The notes under the pieces are model-generated. The model was not told where the DNA came from. It searched no databases and was given only the letters and a program-made list of their open reading frames with translations. Shown one piece after another: positions 17,955-28,033 of a stretch of 62,421 nucleotides of DNA (positions are counted from its first letter, which is position 1; the number at the start of each line of letters is the position of its first letter). Both the position numbers and the translations under genes were made by a program. The stretch is from positions 1 through 62,421 of the forward strand of contig JADHWY010000002.1 of assembly GCA_016783245.1 (NCBI GenBank). Reading direction: 5' to 3'. This DNA is from Dehalococcoidales bacterium (GTDB lineage Bacteria; Chloroflexota; Dehalococcoidia; Dehalococcoidales; BS750m-G39).

Positions 17955-18962
17955 TTGCGCCAGTCATTTGAATACCATCCGGTAATAGGCTACCGCTTCA
18001 TTCCCGGTCTTAAAGCGCGCATTCCTCACGAAGGCGGTGGCTATCTTATACGCGTTAATGACTGTGGTTTCCGATGTGAACGTAACTTCATAACAGAGAA
18101 GAAACCAGGTATTCGCAGGGTTCTTCTTTTCGGCGATTCATTTACTGCTGGCGACGGTGTCTCCAATAAATACCGCTATGGGGACCTCCTGGAAAAGAAG
18201 ATTCCCAACCTTGAAGTTTACAACTTTGGATTACCCGGGGCTGGTACTGACCAGCAATACCTGGCATATAAGGAATATGCAACTGGCATAAAACATGACC
18301 TGTTGTTGATAGCCGTGCAGGTTGAGAATATCAGAAGGGTTGCTGGGCACTATCGGTACTGGCTAAATGAGAGAGGTGAACAGGTATGTTATGCCAAGCC
18401 ATACTATGAGCTTGTTGATGGCACATTGATTCTCAGGAATGTCCCGCCACGTAAGGAGCCTATCCACGAGGCAGACTTATCAAAAGAGGAGAGAAAGTTT
18501 ATCGCTGTTGGACGATTCCCTAAACTTAAAAAAATGGTTAAACTGGTTACTAGGGTCGGCTTGAAAGACCTTGCTCAGAAAGCAATCAGATACCAACTAG
18601 CACCGGAGTATAATAGTCCCGACAATCCCGCATGGCAGATAATGCGCGCCATACTTGAGGAATGGATAAACAATAATCGGCAACGGGTGCTTCTGATGCC
18701 GCTTCCGCCTTATCAATATGTAGAAGAAATGGGTGACCCGTCGCATTATCAGGCTCGGTTCCGTGAGGTGGCATCTGCTACAGGTTGCATGCTCCATGAC
18801 CCACTCCCTGACCTACTGAAATACTCTCTAGAAGAACGGCGGGGCTTTCGTTTTCAGAAGGATGTTCATTTAACTCCGCAGGGACATGCCGCTCTGGCAA
18901 CGTCTCTGACACCTATCCTGGAGAAACTGCTTGATGACTTAGAACAAGGGGTACACAAATGA
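17955..18962 (+). CDS. SGNH/GDSL-type hydrolase or acyltransferase
   Basis: Block I is LLFGDSFTAGDG, block II is GLPGAGTDQQ and block V is KDVHLTPQGH. It has a TTG start. Confidence 0.7.
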   Translation: MRQSFEYHPVIGYRFIPGLKARIPHEGGGYLIRVNDCGFRCERNFITEKKPGIRRVLLFGDSFTAGDGVSNKYRYGDLLEKKIPNLEVYNFGLPGAGTDQQYLAYKEYATGIKHDLLLIAVQVENIRRVAGHYRYWLNERGEQVCYAKPYYELVDGTLILRNVPPRKEPIHEADLSKEERKFIAVGRFPKLKKMVKLVTRVGLKDLAQKAIRYQLAPEYNSPDNPAWQIMRAILEEWINNNRQRVLLMPLPPYQYVEEMGDPSHYQARFREVASATGCMLHDPLPDLLKYSLEERRGFRFQKDVHLTPQGHAALATSLTPILEKLLDDLEQGVHK

Positions 18963-20806
18963 GTACAACAATTCTTGGTATTTCAGCATTTTATCACGAC
19001 TCGGCAGCGGCAATCATCAGGGATGGTGAAATAATCGCTGCCGCACAGGAGGAACGTTTTTCACGCAAAAAGCATGACCCCCGTTTCCCCCACCATGCCA
19101 TCAACTACTGTCTCGAAGAAGCGTTTATCGAATCATCAGAGCTTGATGCTGTCGTCTTCTATGACAACCCTCTCTTTACCTGGGACAGAGTGTTGAAAAA
19201 CTGTATGATGGCGGGGCCAAGAAGTTTTGACCAGTTTAAGAAGGCGTCCCGCTCCGTCCTTGGGATAAAGATGTGGGTGAAGGACTATATCATTCGCTCA
19301 ATAGGTTCGCTGGGAAAACTGGATAAGCTGCTGTTCACGGAACATCATATGTCTCATGCGGCATCTGCCTTTTATCCTTCACCATTCCAAAAGGCAGCTA
19401 TAATTACCCTTGATGGTGTTGGCGAATGGGCAACAACAACTATTGGCCTCGGCACTGATAACCGCATTGAACTTTTCCAAGAAATCAACTATCCTCACTC
19501 CCTGGGGCTACTCTATAGCGCCTTTACTTACTACTGCGGGTTCAAGGTCAATTCAGGAGAATACAAACTAATGGGATTGGCTCCTTACGGAGAGCCAATA
19601 TATTACGACGCAATCCGCGAGAATCTTATCGATATAAAGGAGGATGGTTCATATAACCTAAACACTGAATACTTTGGCTATCTTGATAGCTCAGTGATGA
19701 CAAACGATAAATTCAATAATCTGTTTGGAGGATCTCCGCGTAAGCCAGAATCTTACATTACTCGCAGAGAAATGGATATGGCGGCATCAATCCAGAAAAC
19801 CCTTGAAGAGGTCATTTTGCGGATGGCGCTTCATACCAAAAAGGAGACAGGCGCTGATAACCTTGTCATGGCAGGTGGGGTGGCATTGAATTGTGTCGCC
19901 AACGGCAAAGTTCTTAAGAAAGGAATATTTGATGATTTTTGGATTCAACCAGCAGCCAGTGATGCCGGTGGAGCTGTCGGCGCAGCGCTTTTGGTTTCAC
20001 ATGCCTATTTCGATATCCCTCGTAAGATTAATCCAAATGGACGTGACACACAGAGAGGGAGTTATCTTGGCCCCGCTTACAAACCGTCTGAGGTAGTTGC
20101 TTTTCTTGGGCGTAAAGGATACCCATATGAACGAATAGCTAACCCTCAACAGCTAGCCGAGAAAATTGCACAAGTTATAGCAGATGGCAAGATTGTCGGG
20201 TATTTTGCCGGGCGGATGGAATTTGGCCCCAGAGCGTTAGGAGCAAGGTCTATCCTAGGTGACCCCCGCCGCAGGGAGACCCAATCAGTGATGAATCTGA
20301 AGATAAAATTTCGTGAGTCGTTTCGACCCTTTGCCCCTTCCGTTTTAGCTGAGGATGTAAGTGAATTCTTCGAAATGGAAAGCGAAAGTCCCTACATGCT
20401 TCTCGTTGCACCAGTGCGAAAAGAGCGATGCCTGCCCATGAACCTCAGAAAATTCCAAGAAGGCGATGACAATATGTCTGCGGTAATCACTCAATCTCGC
20501 TCTGATATACCTGCGGTCACACATGTTGATTACAGTGCACGGGTCCAAACTGTTCATCCCAGCGACAAGCCGGACTACTACCACGTCATCAAAAAATTCA
20601 AAGACCTGACCGGCTATGGCATTATAGTCAACACATCATTTAATGTCCGCGGTGAACCCATTGTCTGCTCGCCGCAGGATGCATACAGATGCTTCATGAG
20701 GACAGAGATGGACTTATTAGTACTTGAGGATTGTCTGCTGTGGAAGGAAGAGCAGCCTGCGTTTGAGGATACCGAGGATTGGAGGAAAACGTATGAACTC
20801 GACTAG
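18959..20806 (+). CDS. carbamoyltransferase (NodU/CmcH family)
   Basis: It has ILGISAFYHDSAAAIIRDGEIIAAAQEERFSRKKHD and the typical length of 615 aa. ATGA overlap with the SGNH gene. Confidence 0.9.
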   Translation: MSTTILGISAFYHDSAAAIIRDGEIIAAAQEERFSRKKHDPRFPHHAINYCLEEAFIESSELDAVVFYDNPLFTWDRVLKNCMMAGPRSFDQFKKASRSVLGIKMWVKDYIIRSIGSLGKLDKLLFTEHHMSHAASAFYPSPFQKAAIITLDGVGEWATTTIGLGTDNRIELFQEINYPHSLGLLYSAFTYYCGFKVNSGEYKLMGLAPYGEPIYYDAIRENLIDIKEDGSYNLNTEYFGYLDSSVMTNDKFNNLFGGSPRKPESYITRREMDMAASIQKTLEEVILRMALHTKKETGADNLVMAGGVALNCVANGKVLKKGIFDDFWIQPAASDAGGAVGAALLVSHAYFDIPRKINPNGRDTQRGSYLGPAYKPSEVVAFLGRKGYPYERIANPQQLAEKIAQVIADGKIVGYFAGRMEFGPRALGARSILGDPRRRETQSVMNLKIKFRESFRPFAPSVLAEDVSEFFEMESESPYMLLVAPVRKERCLPMNLRKFQEGDDNMSAVITQSRSDIPAVTHVDYSARVQTVHPSDKPDYYHVIKKFKDLTGYGIIVNTSFNVRGEPIVCSPQDAYRCFMRTEMDLLVLEDCLLWKEEQPAFEDTEDWRKTYELD

Positions 20807-21155
20807 AGATGATGATACTCTTCTAGAGGTGACAAGATTCTTCTTCGAGGAACTGATGCCACTGGCAAAAAAGTTGCAGGATGAAGGAAAGGCGTTCTTC
20901 TCCGTCAAGCCTAATCCCAACGCACAGACCTATTATAAAAAGCGAGAAAAGACGATAATGCATCCTGAAAGCTTCGAAGTGGTGGGATGTGATTCCTTCG
21001 ACAGTTTTGAAGAGGCATTAATTGATATGTGGACATCACAGGGATATTCCGAACTTACCAAACTGGCTCCAACCCTGTTAAAGCTGGCAAAATCACTTTA
21101 TTTTGTTGAAGAGCAGAGTGAGGATATCTCTCCATTTATCTATGTCATGTTCTAA
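20793..21155 (+). CDS. hypothetical acidic protein (120 aa), translationally coupled to the carbamoyltransferase
   Basis: ATG 20793 overlaps the carbamoyltransferase 3' end by 14 nt. I recognise no family. Confidence 0.45.
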   Translation: MNSTRDDDTLLEVTRFFFEELMPLAKKLQDEGKAFFSVKPNPNAQTYYKKREKTIMHPESFEVVGCDSFDSFEEALIDMWTSQGYSELTKLAPTLLKLAKSLYFVEEQSEDISPFIYVMF

Positions 21156-21202
21156 GATTATTTATGTGAGAGAGTGGAGAAAGGACAAACTTGGACTGAC
21201 CC

Positions 21203-22513
21203 ATGCAGCTAAGATTTCTTGACCTAATTAAATGCCCCTATTGTGGAAGCAGTTTTAAAGTCGGGGATGCACGTCAAGGAAAAGGGGGACAGCTAATCAA
21301 TGGGTATGTCAGGTGTGAATGCAATGAGTTCCCTGTCCTGGAAGGTATTCTGAAGCTTAGCGACAGACACTCAAACACCCACCTTGTCGAGCTTGTTAAA
21401 AAGGGCAGGGCAAAAAGCGCCCTGGCGCTTTCATTCTGGGAGACTGGCAACCGGACCATTGCTCCCTTCTTCAGGACTAAGAAACGGGCAACGGAGCCCC
21501 TGCTCACTCTGGCAGTGCTCAGAGCAAAGTATGGGTACCGCAGATACCTGAATGATAAAGCTACCTTCCTCGGTTTGTTTGGTAAGACCTCACGACAAAA
21601 CTATCTTCGACATCGCTTCTCTTCAGAAACGCTGTGGCTGGTGTATCCCTTTATACCACTGCTAAAGAGTAGAACAAGGATTTTAGATTTGGGCTGCGGA
21701 ACAGGACAGGCGTCTTTCATCATCTCCAGCTATGCTAAGCCTAAAGACCTCATCTGTGCTGACCAATCTTTCCGGTCCCTGTATGTCGCCAAGAAATACT
21801 TCGTCCGGAATGCTGAGTTTATTGCTCTTGACGCCAACTATAAGCTTCCATTTAACGGAAATTTATTCGACTGCATCTTCATGCTGGACACATTTCACTA
21901 TGTACAGGCCCAAGCTCTATTAGCTACTGAGATGGAACGAATACTCAGTCCTGAAGGGCTTCTCTTGCTCCTGCATCTGCATAATTCGCTCAACTATAAC
22001 CCGTCAGCGGGTCAACCTCTATCGCCTTCAGACTGGGTAGATTTGTTTCACCAATTACCAATCAAAGCCTTCCCAGAGGAAAAGTTGATAAAGGACTTCA
22101 TTCTGAAGGGCAGGCTTGATTTAGCCCGAGGATTTCGCCAACCTGAATTAAACGCCTCCAGAGCATTCTGCCTCATAGGAACCAGTAATGACTCAATTTT
22201 TAAGACGTACGATGAGGTGCAGAGTGCCCTCTTATCCAATAAGGATAATCTAATCATTAATCCTATTTACAAAATCAGGCGTCAAAACGATAGCCTATTA
22301 CTACAGCGGCGTTCCTTAAGCAAGTCATTTAGACAAGAATTCCCCTTATCAGTAGAATACCTGCCTCAGCAATATATCATAAGTGGTAAGCTGGCTAAAA
22401 TCATGAAAGGCGACATTTTAGCATCAAATGAACTTTTGGACGATGATTTGCCATCTATTGAAGATTTAATGAGCAAGTTTATCTTGATTAATGTTCCCCC
22501 GAACTACTGCTAA
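21203..22513 (+). CDS. class I SAM methyltransferase with N-terminal Trm112-like zinc ribbon
   Basis: It has CPYCGSSF...CECNEFPVLEGIL, then ILDLGCGTGQAS, plus a C-terminal region of about 160 aa with no recognised family. Confidence 0.8.
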   Translation: MQLRFLDLIKCPYCGSSFKVGDARQGKGGQLINGYVRCECNEFPVLEGILKLSDRHSNTHLVELVKKGRAKSALALSFWETGNRTIAPFFRTKKRATEPLLTLAVLRAKYGYRRYLNDKATFLGLFGKTSRQNYLRHRFSSETLWLVYPFIPLLKSRTRILDLGCGTGQASFIISSYAKPKDLICADQSFRSLYVAKKYFVRNAEFIALDANYKLPFNGNLFDCIFMLDTFHYVQAQALLATEMERILSPEGLLLLLHLHNSLNYNPSAGQPLSPSDWVDLFHQLPIKAFPEEKLIKDFILKGRLDLARGFRQPELNASRAFCLIGTSNDSIFKTYDEVQSALLSNKDNLIINPIYKIRRQNDSLLLQRRSLSKSFRQEFPLSVEYLPQQYIISGKLAKIMKGDILASNELLDDDLPSIEDLMSKFILINVPPNYC

Positions 22514-23429
22514 GAGTTTGGTTCATTCGAGTTGCCAGTTCACCCATGGTCATAACTTCAAGCTCCCCTTTATCCCTCTTTGAGGCTACCAGGATAAGGA
22601 GTTTCTCCAGCTTCCCAAATAATGAGGGCTGAAGGACTAAGGTATAGGGATGTAAGAAAAGGTGAAGGAGCTTTTGCTGGCTTACCGCTCGATGAACCCC
22701 TAGCTTTGCCCGCGGTAATAACATAAAGGAATATTGCCGTGACCAGAAATCCATAGAGCTCCCGGTTTCCCAGATACCATCTCTCCAGTTAAGTTTAGCT
22801 AATGGGGTGAATATCAAGCCCAATATGCCACCTATCTTACGAGCCAGAAAAGTCCGATAACGTTCACCAAGCCCAGATGCCTGAACGCGGTAAATAAGGA
22901 ATCCATACTTCTTAAGGATATCCAGATGCCCCACTCTGTTCCAGGGGAAGACAAAGGACTTTAGGCTTAGGTTAAACTCCCTGGCTAATCTCACCCCATC
23001 AGCGACCTCCGCTTCAGCTACTTCACGGCTACACCGGGAAAAGTCTACATGGGAGAAGGTGTGATAGCCGATCTCATGCTCAACCTGACTTGATAGAATC
23101 TTGTCGACAATATCTTTTCCACAAAATAGGGGGTTCCCGTTAATAGTCTCACTATTATGCCAGCCACCTCTGGACTTGATTGTGTTTTCATCTGGTATAT
23201 ACCTGTTGCCGCCACGATAATCTAAAAAAAGGTAACCACAGGTTGCCCAGGTTGCCGGTATGTTATATTTGGCAAACAAGTTTAGCAAATTGTCAATAGC
23301 GGCTCGACAATGGGTTGGGTCTCTCTTTATCCCATTAATCTGCGCTATAGCCCTTCCACTCGGAGTGCGGCTCAACCCCCACAATAGCTCCGTATCCAAG
23401 CTCATGGTGAATACCGCTTTACTTAACAT
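22488..23429 (-). CDS. polysaccharide deacetylase-like (CE4/NodB-related) protein
   Basis: It has FTMSLDTELLWG and a GYHTFSHVDF His motif. Confidence 0.65.
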   Translation of the reverse strand: MLSKAVFTMSLDTELLWGLSRTPSGRAIAQINGIKRDPTHCRAAIDNLLNLFAKYNIPATWATCGYLFLDYRGGNRYIPDENTIKSRGGWHNSETINGNPLFCGKDIVDKILSSQVEHEIGYHTFSHVDFSRCSREVAEAEVADGVRLAREFNLSLKSFVFPWNRVGHLDILKKYGFLIYRVQASGLGERYRTFLARKIGGILGLIFTPLAKLNWRDGIWETGSSMDFWSRQYSFMLLPRAKLGVHRAVSQQKLLHLFLHPYTLVLQPSLFGKLEKLLILVASKRDKGELEVMTMGELATRMNQTLSSSSGEH

Positions 23430-24587
23430 CTAATTCCTCAGTAAGCGCTCATAAGCAAGGGAATATTTGGCAGCAACCTTATCCCAGGTGAATTCACTGG
23501 CTACTCTGTGCTTTCCCGCCTGAGCTATCCGTTCCATTTCCGGGTAGTTATCTAAGGCATACAGAATTTGTTCGGCTAGTACTTCAGGGTCATTAGGGGT
23601 AACCAGGATGCCAGTCTCACCGTGGGTTATTATTTCAGGTATACTAGTAGCGGTAGTACTTATAGTAGGGATACCAGCGGCCAATGCCTCAGCAACAGTA
23701 AGTCCAAAGCTCTCTGACTGAGTGGGGAATAAGCATAAATGGGTTTTGGCTAGTATCTTACTCATTTCATTATGACTTAACCTCGGGATAAAGCTAACCC
23801 TATCTGATAATCCTAAGATTTTGGTCAACCTCCAGAATTCTACCTTGTGCTTGTTTAATCCCTCTCCAATAATACTTAGACACATTTCTTTTTGGCTTTT
23901 TTTACCGGCAATAGCCAAAGCCCGAAGCAGGGTATCTATGCCTTTCCCTGGAGCTAACCTTCCCCAAAAGGTTAAGTTTATTTTGTCCTGTTCACCATGT
24001 CTTGCTATGGTAAAGAAATAGTCGTTGACCGCATTGTAAATTACCTCGATTTTTTGGGCTGAAATCCCCAGATTAGCTGACAGATTCTCTCTGGCGTAAT
24101 GGCTAACTGTGAATACTTTTTCTGCTTTTTCATAGGCGTGTCGCTGAAGAAACATGGGGATTTCACGGTACAATCTACCCCGTGTCCTTTTCAGGGAACC
24201 TGTCAAGCTCAGTCTGGGATAGAGCCGATGTGCTGTCATAACGAATCGGCAGCCATGTTTTTTAGCGGCGAGGTGGAGCAATGCAGCTTCATCACCGTTT
24301 CCGTGAACAATATCTATGTGAGTTTGAGATAATAGCTTCTGGACACGCCTGAATACCGAAAATATATTAAGTACTCTTCCCTCAGGGATATATCTGCCGA
24401 AATTTCTTGCCCATAAAATCTGGTAATTGACATCATCACCGGGCTTTATCACCGGATATGCAGCATAGACCACAAATATTTTATGCCCCGTTTCTGATAG
24501 GTGCCTTGCCAGATTATGGACTACAATTTGCCCCCCTCCATAATATCTAGACCATGGAGAGTAATTTACCGTCAGGCAGATGTTCAT
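23430..24587 (-). CDS. GT4-family glycosyltransferase
   Basis: It has ESFGLTVAEALAAGIPTISTTATSIPEIITHGETGILVTP. Confidence 0.85.
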   Translation of the reverse strand: MNICLTVNYSPWSRYYGGGQIVVHNLARHLSETGHKIFVVYAAYPVIKPGDDVNYQILWARNFGRYIPEGRVLNIFSVFRRVQKLLSQTHIDIVHGNGDEAALLHLAAKKHGCRFVMTAHRLYPRLSLTGSLKRTRGRLYREIPMFLQRHAYEKAEKVFTVSHYARENLSANLGISAQKIEVIYNAVNDYFFTIARHGEQDKINLTFWGRLAPGKGIDTLLRALAIAGKKSQKEMCLSIIGEGLNKHKVEFWRLTKILGLSDRVSFIPRLSHNEMSKILAKTHLCLFPTQSESFGLTVAEALAAGIPTISTTATSIPEIITHGETGILVTPNDPEVLAEQILYALDNYPEMERIAQAGKHRVASEFTWDKVAAKYSLAYERLLRN

Positions 24588-25996
24588 CTCGAAGCCAACA
24601 ATTCCCTTCTATCCAGGTAGCTAAGGATAGAATCGGATATGTCTTTTATGTTTTGTTCGCCGGGCTCCCACAGGACTCCCTTATAACTGTTCTTCAAAAC
24701 TGCGTTAACCAAGGAGACAACCTTGGCGTGGTCAGTATCCTTTGCTTCCAGCACCTCTTTAATGGCATCATGCAGGTAAGAGTAATCTTCCACATCAATA
24801 GTTAGCCCAAGCTGACCATAAAAGGGCTTGCCTAAAACAACGACCGGCTTTCGGTAAAGAATGCCTTCCAAACCAGCCAGTGAGTTTATGGTAATCACTC
24901 CAACCGAACTCTCTATGAGTTCATGCGAATGTGTTTGCGGATCCAAGAGAACCGTGTCTCTCGTTTTTGAGATTGCTCTCATCATACCGTAGGGGATCTC
25001 GCCAAGGTGGTTGGGGTGCTCCTTGACATAGAGCTTATATCCGTAGGGCAGTGAGCTAGCCACCAGGTCGACAATGTATGCTTGGTTGAGGCACTGTGGG
25101 GCTCGGACAGTAAGCTGGGATTCACGATACAGGTGAAGCGGAAAGAAGAGAAACTTTTCACCTGGTTCCAGCATCTTGATAAAGCTCTTATACATTAGCC
25201 CTCTAACTTTCCTCTTCAAATGGGCAACCTCCTCGGCGAATAAGGGGAAAGGTTCCTGCCCCTTGTTTACCACATACCTCCGATATGCTTTCTGGGGAAG
25301 CTTAAGCGGCGCCAACGGGTTTATCCGCCACAGGGGACGATACTTGCTCCTGATGAACATTTCTTTTCTTTCCACAAAGGAGGTGATAAATCTTTCCGCC
25401 TGTTCAATTTCGTCGGCAGTTAAATCCTGGTAGGGCTTAAGAGAAAGCTGGTCACTGGTTAGTGTCTCATCAGTGGTAAAGAACAGGCTGCCCCACACCG
25501 GTGAGCCAGTCATAAAAACATTTAGAATCCCCCTCCCCCGCCCAACATGGAATAAGACTCTACGAATGAGCTCGCCGCCGGCAGGATGAATAATGCACTT
25601 GGTAGGGTTCTGTGCCAGGAAATCCTCGATTATGGCGAAGTATTCAATTGCCTGCTTAAATAACTGTTTGGGCTTTCGGTAGTAATAAAGGCACTCACAG
25701 AGACCAAGCTCCTTAATATCTATGTTATAGCTCTGTTCGATTTTGCTGACCTGTCCAATCGAGTAGGAGATGGCACCTTTCTGCTTAAGCTCATCAACTA
25801 TATCATACAGGTTAAAGTAGGGATGGTTACTTTCTTGCATCCGCTGGTCAGCAATTCTTGATTGGGTTAGAAAGCCGACACGATAGCCCCTTCGCTTAAG
25901 TTCATGACCCATTCGGCACCAGAAAGGTAGCTCATAATCCGGGGCGGTTTCTTCGGTCCGAAATTCTATTACCGGTATCAGAAAATCAAACTCCAC
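24584..25996 (-). CDS. KpsS/KpsC-like capsule-biosynthesis (Capsule_synth) type transferase
   Basis: It has FFPLHLYRESQL...LYVKEHPNH...VITINSLAGLEGILYRKPVVVLGKPFYG. This matches my recollection of the Capsule_synth pattern (FfPLq..D.q...vK.HP...tinStvglEAl..gkpV..lG...Y). Confidence 0.55.
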   Translation of the reverse strand: MEFDFLIPVIEFRTEETAPDYELPFWCRMGHELKRRGYRVGFLTQSRIADQRMQESNHPYFNLYDIVDELKQKGAISYSIGQVSKIEQSYNIDIKELGLCECLYYYRKPKQLFKQAIEYFAIIEDFLAQNPTKCIIHPAGGELIRRVLFHVGRGRGILNVFMTGSPVWGSLFFTTDETLTSDQLSLKPYQDLTADEIEQAERFITSFVERKEMFIRSKYRPLWRINPLAPLKLPQKAYRRYVVNKGQEPFPLFAEEVAHLKRKVRGLMYKSFIKMLEPGEKFLFFPLHLYRESQLTVRAPQCLNQAYIVDLVASSLPYGYKLYVKEHPNHLGEIPYGMMRAISKTRDTVLLDPQTHSHELIESSVGVITINSLAGLEGILYRKPVVVLGKPFYGQLGLTIDVEDYSYLHDAIKEVLEAKDTDHAKVVSLVNAVLKNSYKGVLWEPGEQNIKDISDSILSYLDRRELLASR

Positions 25997-26803
25997 TTAA
26001 TCCTCCGGCTTATATCCATAGGCAAAATAGTAAAAACCAAGTCGCTCAGCAAGTGCCGTTCTATCCAGGCGCTTCCAGAAGCCTTTCAGGCTATACAGGG
26101 CTTTTGTTTCTAGCCTTCTGTAGGTCTTAGACCAGGGAAGGAGCGGCACACGGGGTGGGAAGACGCCAGCGGGGAAGACATCAATGCCCTCAAGCCCGGC
26201 TCGCTTTAGCATCTGATGTATCTCATCCTTGCTCAGTCTTTGTTCAAAGTGTCTATCACTTTTATCTGTTAGAAAGTCCAGCTTGATAAGAAAGTCGAGA
26301 CAGGTAAGGGTGCGGAATTTCCTGGGGGCTATGGCTGCATAGAACAACCCGCCTCTCTTAAGCACTCTTACCATCTCGTCAACTGGAGGTTGAGCATCCT
26401 CAAAATGCTCCAGTAAACCCAGAGAGAGAATCACATCAAAGGAATCATCCTCAAAAGGTAGCCTATGAGCTTCACCCAAGATAAACTCACCCTTCTGTTT
26501 AGCCAGTCGATAATTATTCTGAGCTACCCTCAACGCCTCGGCTGAACAATCAACCAGCACTGTCTCTAGGTTTGCCCGGCTGCTTAAGAATACCGACATC
26601 CTCCCCGAACCAGCACCAACCTCCAGGGTTCTCCCTTGGGCAGGCAAAAGGGGCTGCAAGTACTCAAACTGCACTTCGTCCATGAGATAGAAGACAGGAT
26701 AGCGAATATTCTCCACAATGAGAGTCTCACTCTGCTTTGCCCACTCCCTATCCCATTCGCTGACATTATGGTTTTTCACGACAGAATTCATCCTTTGCCC
26801 CAT
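25997..26803 (-). CDS. class I SAM methyltransferase
   Basis: It has the motif I sequence TLEVGAGSGRMS and FDVILSLGLLEHF. Confidence 0.8.
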   Translation of the reverse strand: MGQRMNSVVKNHNVSEWDREWAKQSETLIVENIRYPVFYLMDEVQFEYLQPLLPAQGRTLEVGAGSGRMSVFLSSRANLETVLVDCSAEALRVAQNNYRLAKQKGEFILGEAHRLPFEDDSFDVILSLGLLEHFEDAQPPVDEMVRVLKRGGLFYAAIAPRKFRTLTCLDFLIKLDFLTDKSDRHFEQRLSKDEIHQMLKRAGLEGIDVFPAGVFPPRVPLLPWSKTYRRLETKALYSLKGFWKRLDRTALAERLGFYYFAYGYKPED

Positions 26804-26852
26804 TAAGAGCCACTTATGAAATATTGGTTCAGCATATACTGGGCTGAATTAA

Positions 26853-27518
26853 CTACTTAATGCATCTAACTAATCTAAAAGCTTCTGCCAATTCCTTCCC
26901 AACCACGACTCCCCAGCGGCGGGCGATTATTTCCAGTGCCCGTGGGGAGCGAGGATGGGGGTACTCGCAGGTTTCACTTTCATAAGCCTTGACTGCTTCT
27001 AGTTTCTTCCTGAAGGTGTTTGAAATGTCTACAAATACATTAGGCATAAAATAGTTTTGGAACTCAGGCGAATTCCACTCTGTAGATGAAGGAACCTCAA
27101 AGGAGTATATTTCTTTAACTGATTCATCTTTCATAGGTCGGCACGCAGTAAGTACTGCCTTGAAAGTGATTTGATGGTCAATATTTAAATCACCCTGATG
27201 GTGAGTATAGATAATATTCGGTTTAATCCTTTGTTTGACCTCTTCGATGGATTTAATTACCTCAAGCAAAGGGATTGTATCCAGCCTCTGGTCTGGGAAG
27301 TCCTTAAATATAAGTTCTTTGATACCCAATATCTCGGCGGCTCTCAACGCTTCTTTTTCCTTCTTTACCGAGGCTTCACCTTTTCCTCTAGCAGCCACTC
27401 CTTCCCCCAGAATTAAGCAATAAACCTCGTCCCCGCTTTGGGCATGCTTGCCTATCGTCCCCCCGCAACCAAGGACTTCGTCATCAGGATGAGCCGCTAT
27501 AACCAGAACTTTCATCAT
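26853..27518 (-). CDS. PIG-L/LmbE-family N-deacetylase
   Basis: It has VLVIAAHPDDEVLGCGG and HQGDLNIDH. Confidence 0.85.
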   Translation of the reverse strand: MMKVLVIAAHPDDEVLGCGGTIGKHAQSGDEVYCLILGEGVAARGKGEASVKKEKEALRAAEILGIKELIFKDFPDQRLDTIPLLEVIKSIEEVKQRIKPNIIYTHHQGDLNIDHQITFKAVLTACRPMKDESVKEIYSFEVPSSTEWNSPEFQNYFMPNVFVDISNTFRKKLEAVKAYESETCEYPHPRSPRALEIIARRWGVVVGKELAEAFRLVRCIK

Positions 27519-27898
27519 CTTAACTTTTTGAGGCGTTTAGCTGGCGTCCCTGCCCATACCTCATTGTCAGGTATAGACTTATTCACAAAGCTATTGGCGC
27601 CAACAACCGCGTTTTCCCCTATGGTTATGTTTGGCATTATCACTGAGTTGGCTCCTATTTTGCAACCCCTCTTTAGAAGAACCTTTCCCTGCTTATTATC
27701 AACAGTTGAATCACTCATGATTGTACAGTGATAGCCGATTTTCACATCATCCTGGATTTCAACCCCATACTCGCACCCAATAATAGTGAAACAACCTATT
27801 TCGACATTTCTTCCCAATTTAAAATTCTCTCTGTGTCTGACCAACCAATACCACTGGGTTAATCCATATTCTGTATACCTTGGCTCTTCGTCTCCCAT
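27515..27898 (-). CDS. small hexapeptide-repeat (LbH) acyl/acetyltransferase
   Basis: It has IGANSVIMPNITIGENAVVGANSFVNKSIPDNEVWAGTPAK. Confidence 0.8.
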   Translation of the reverse strand: MGDEEPRYTEYGLTQWYWLVRHRENFKLGRNVEIGCFTIIGCEYGVEIQDDVKIGYHCTIMSDSTVDNKQGKVLLKRGCKIGANSVIMPNITIGENAVVGANSFVNKSIPDNEVWAGTPAKRLKKLR

Positions 27899-28033
27899 TC
27901 TACCTGCCCAGAAGTGATAGTGTTTTTTTGAACCGTTCAGCTATAGCCAAACACTTCGTTGCATGCCTCATGCCCAAATTTTGTCCGGCCCACCATCGAC
28001 TCTAAAGACCACAACTGAAAATGAGTTCATCGT

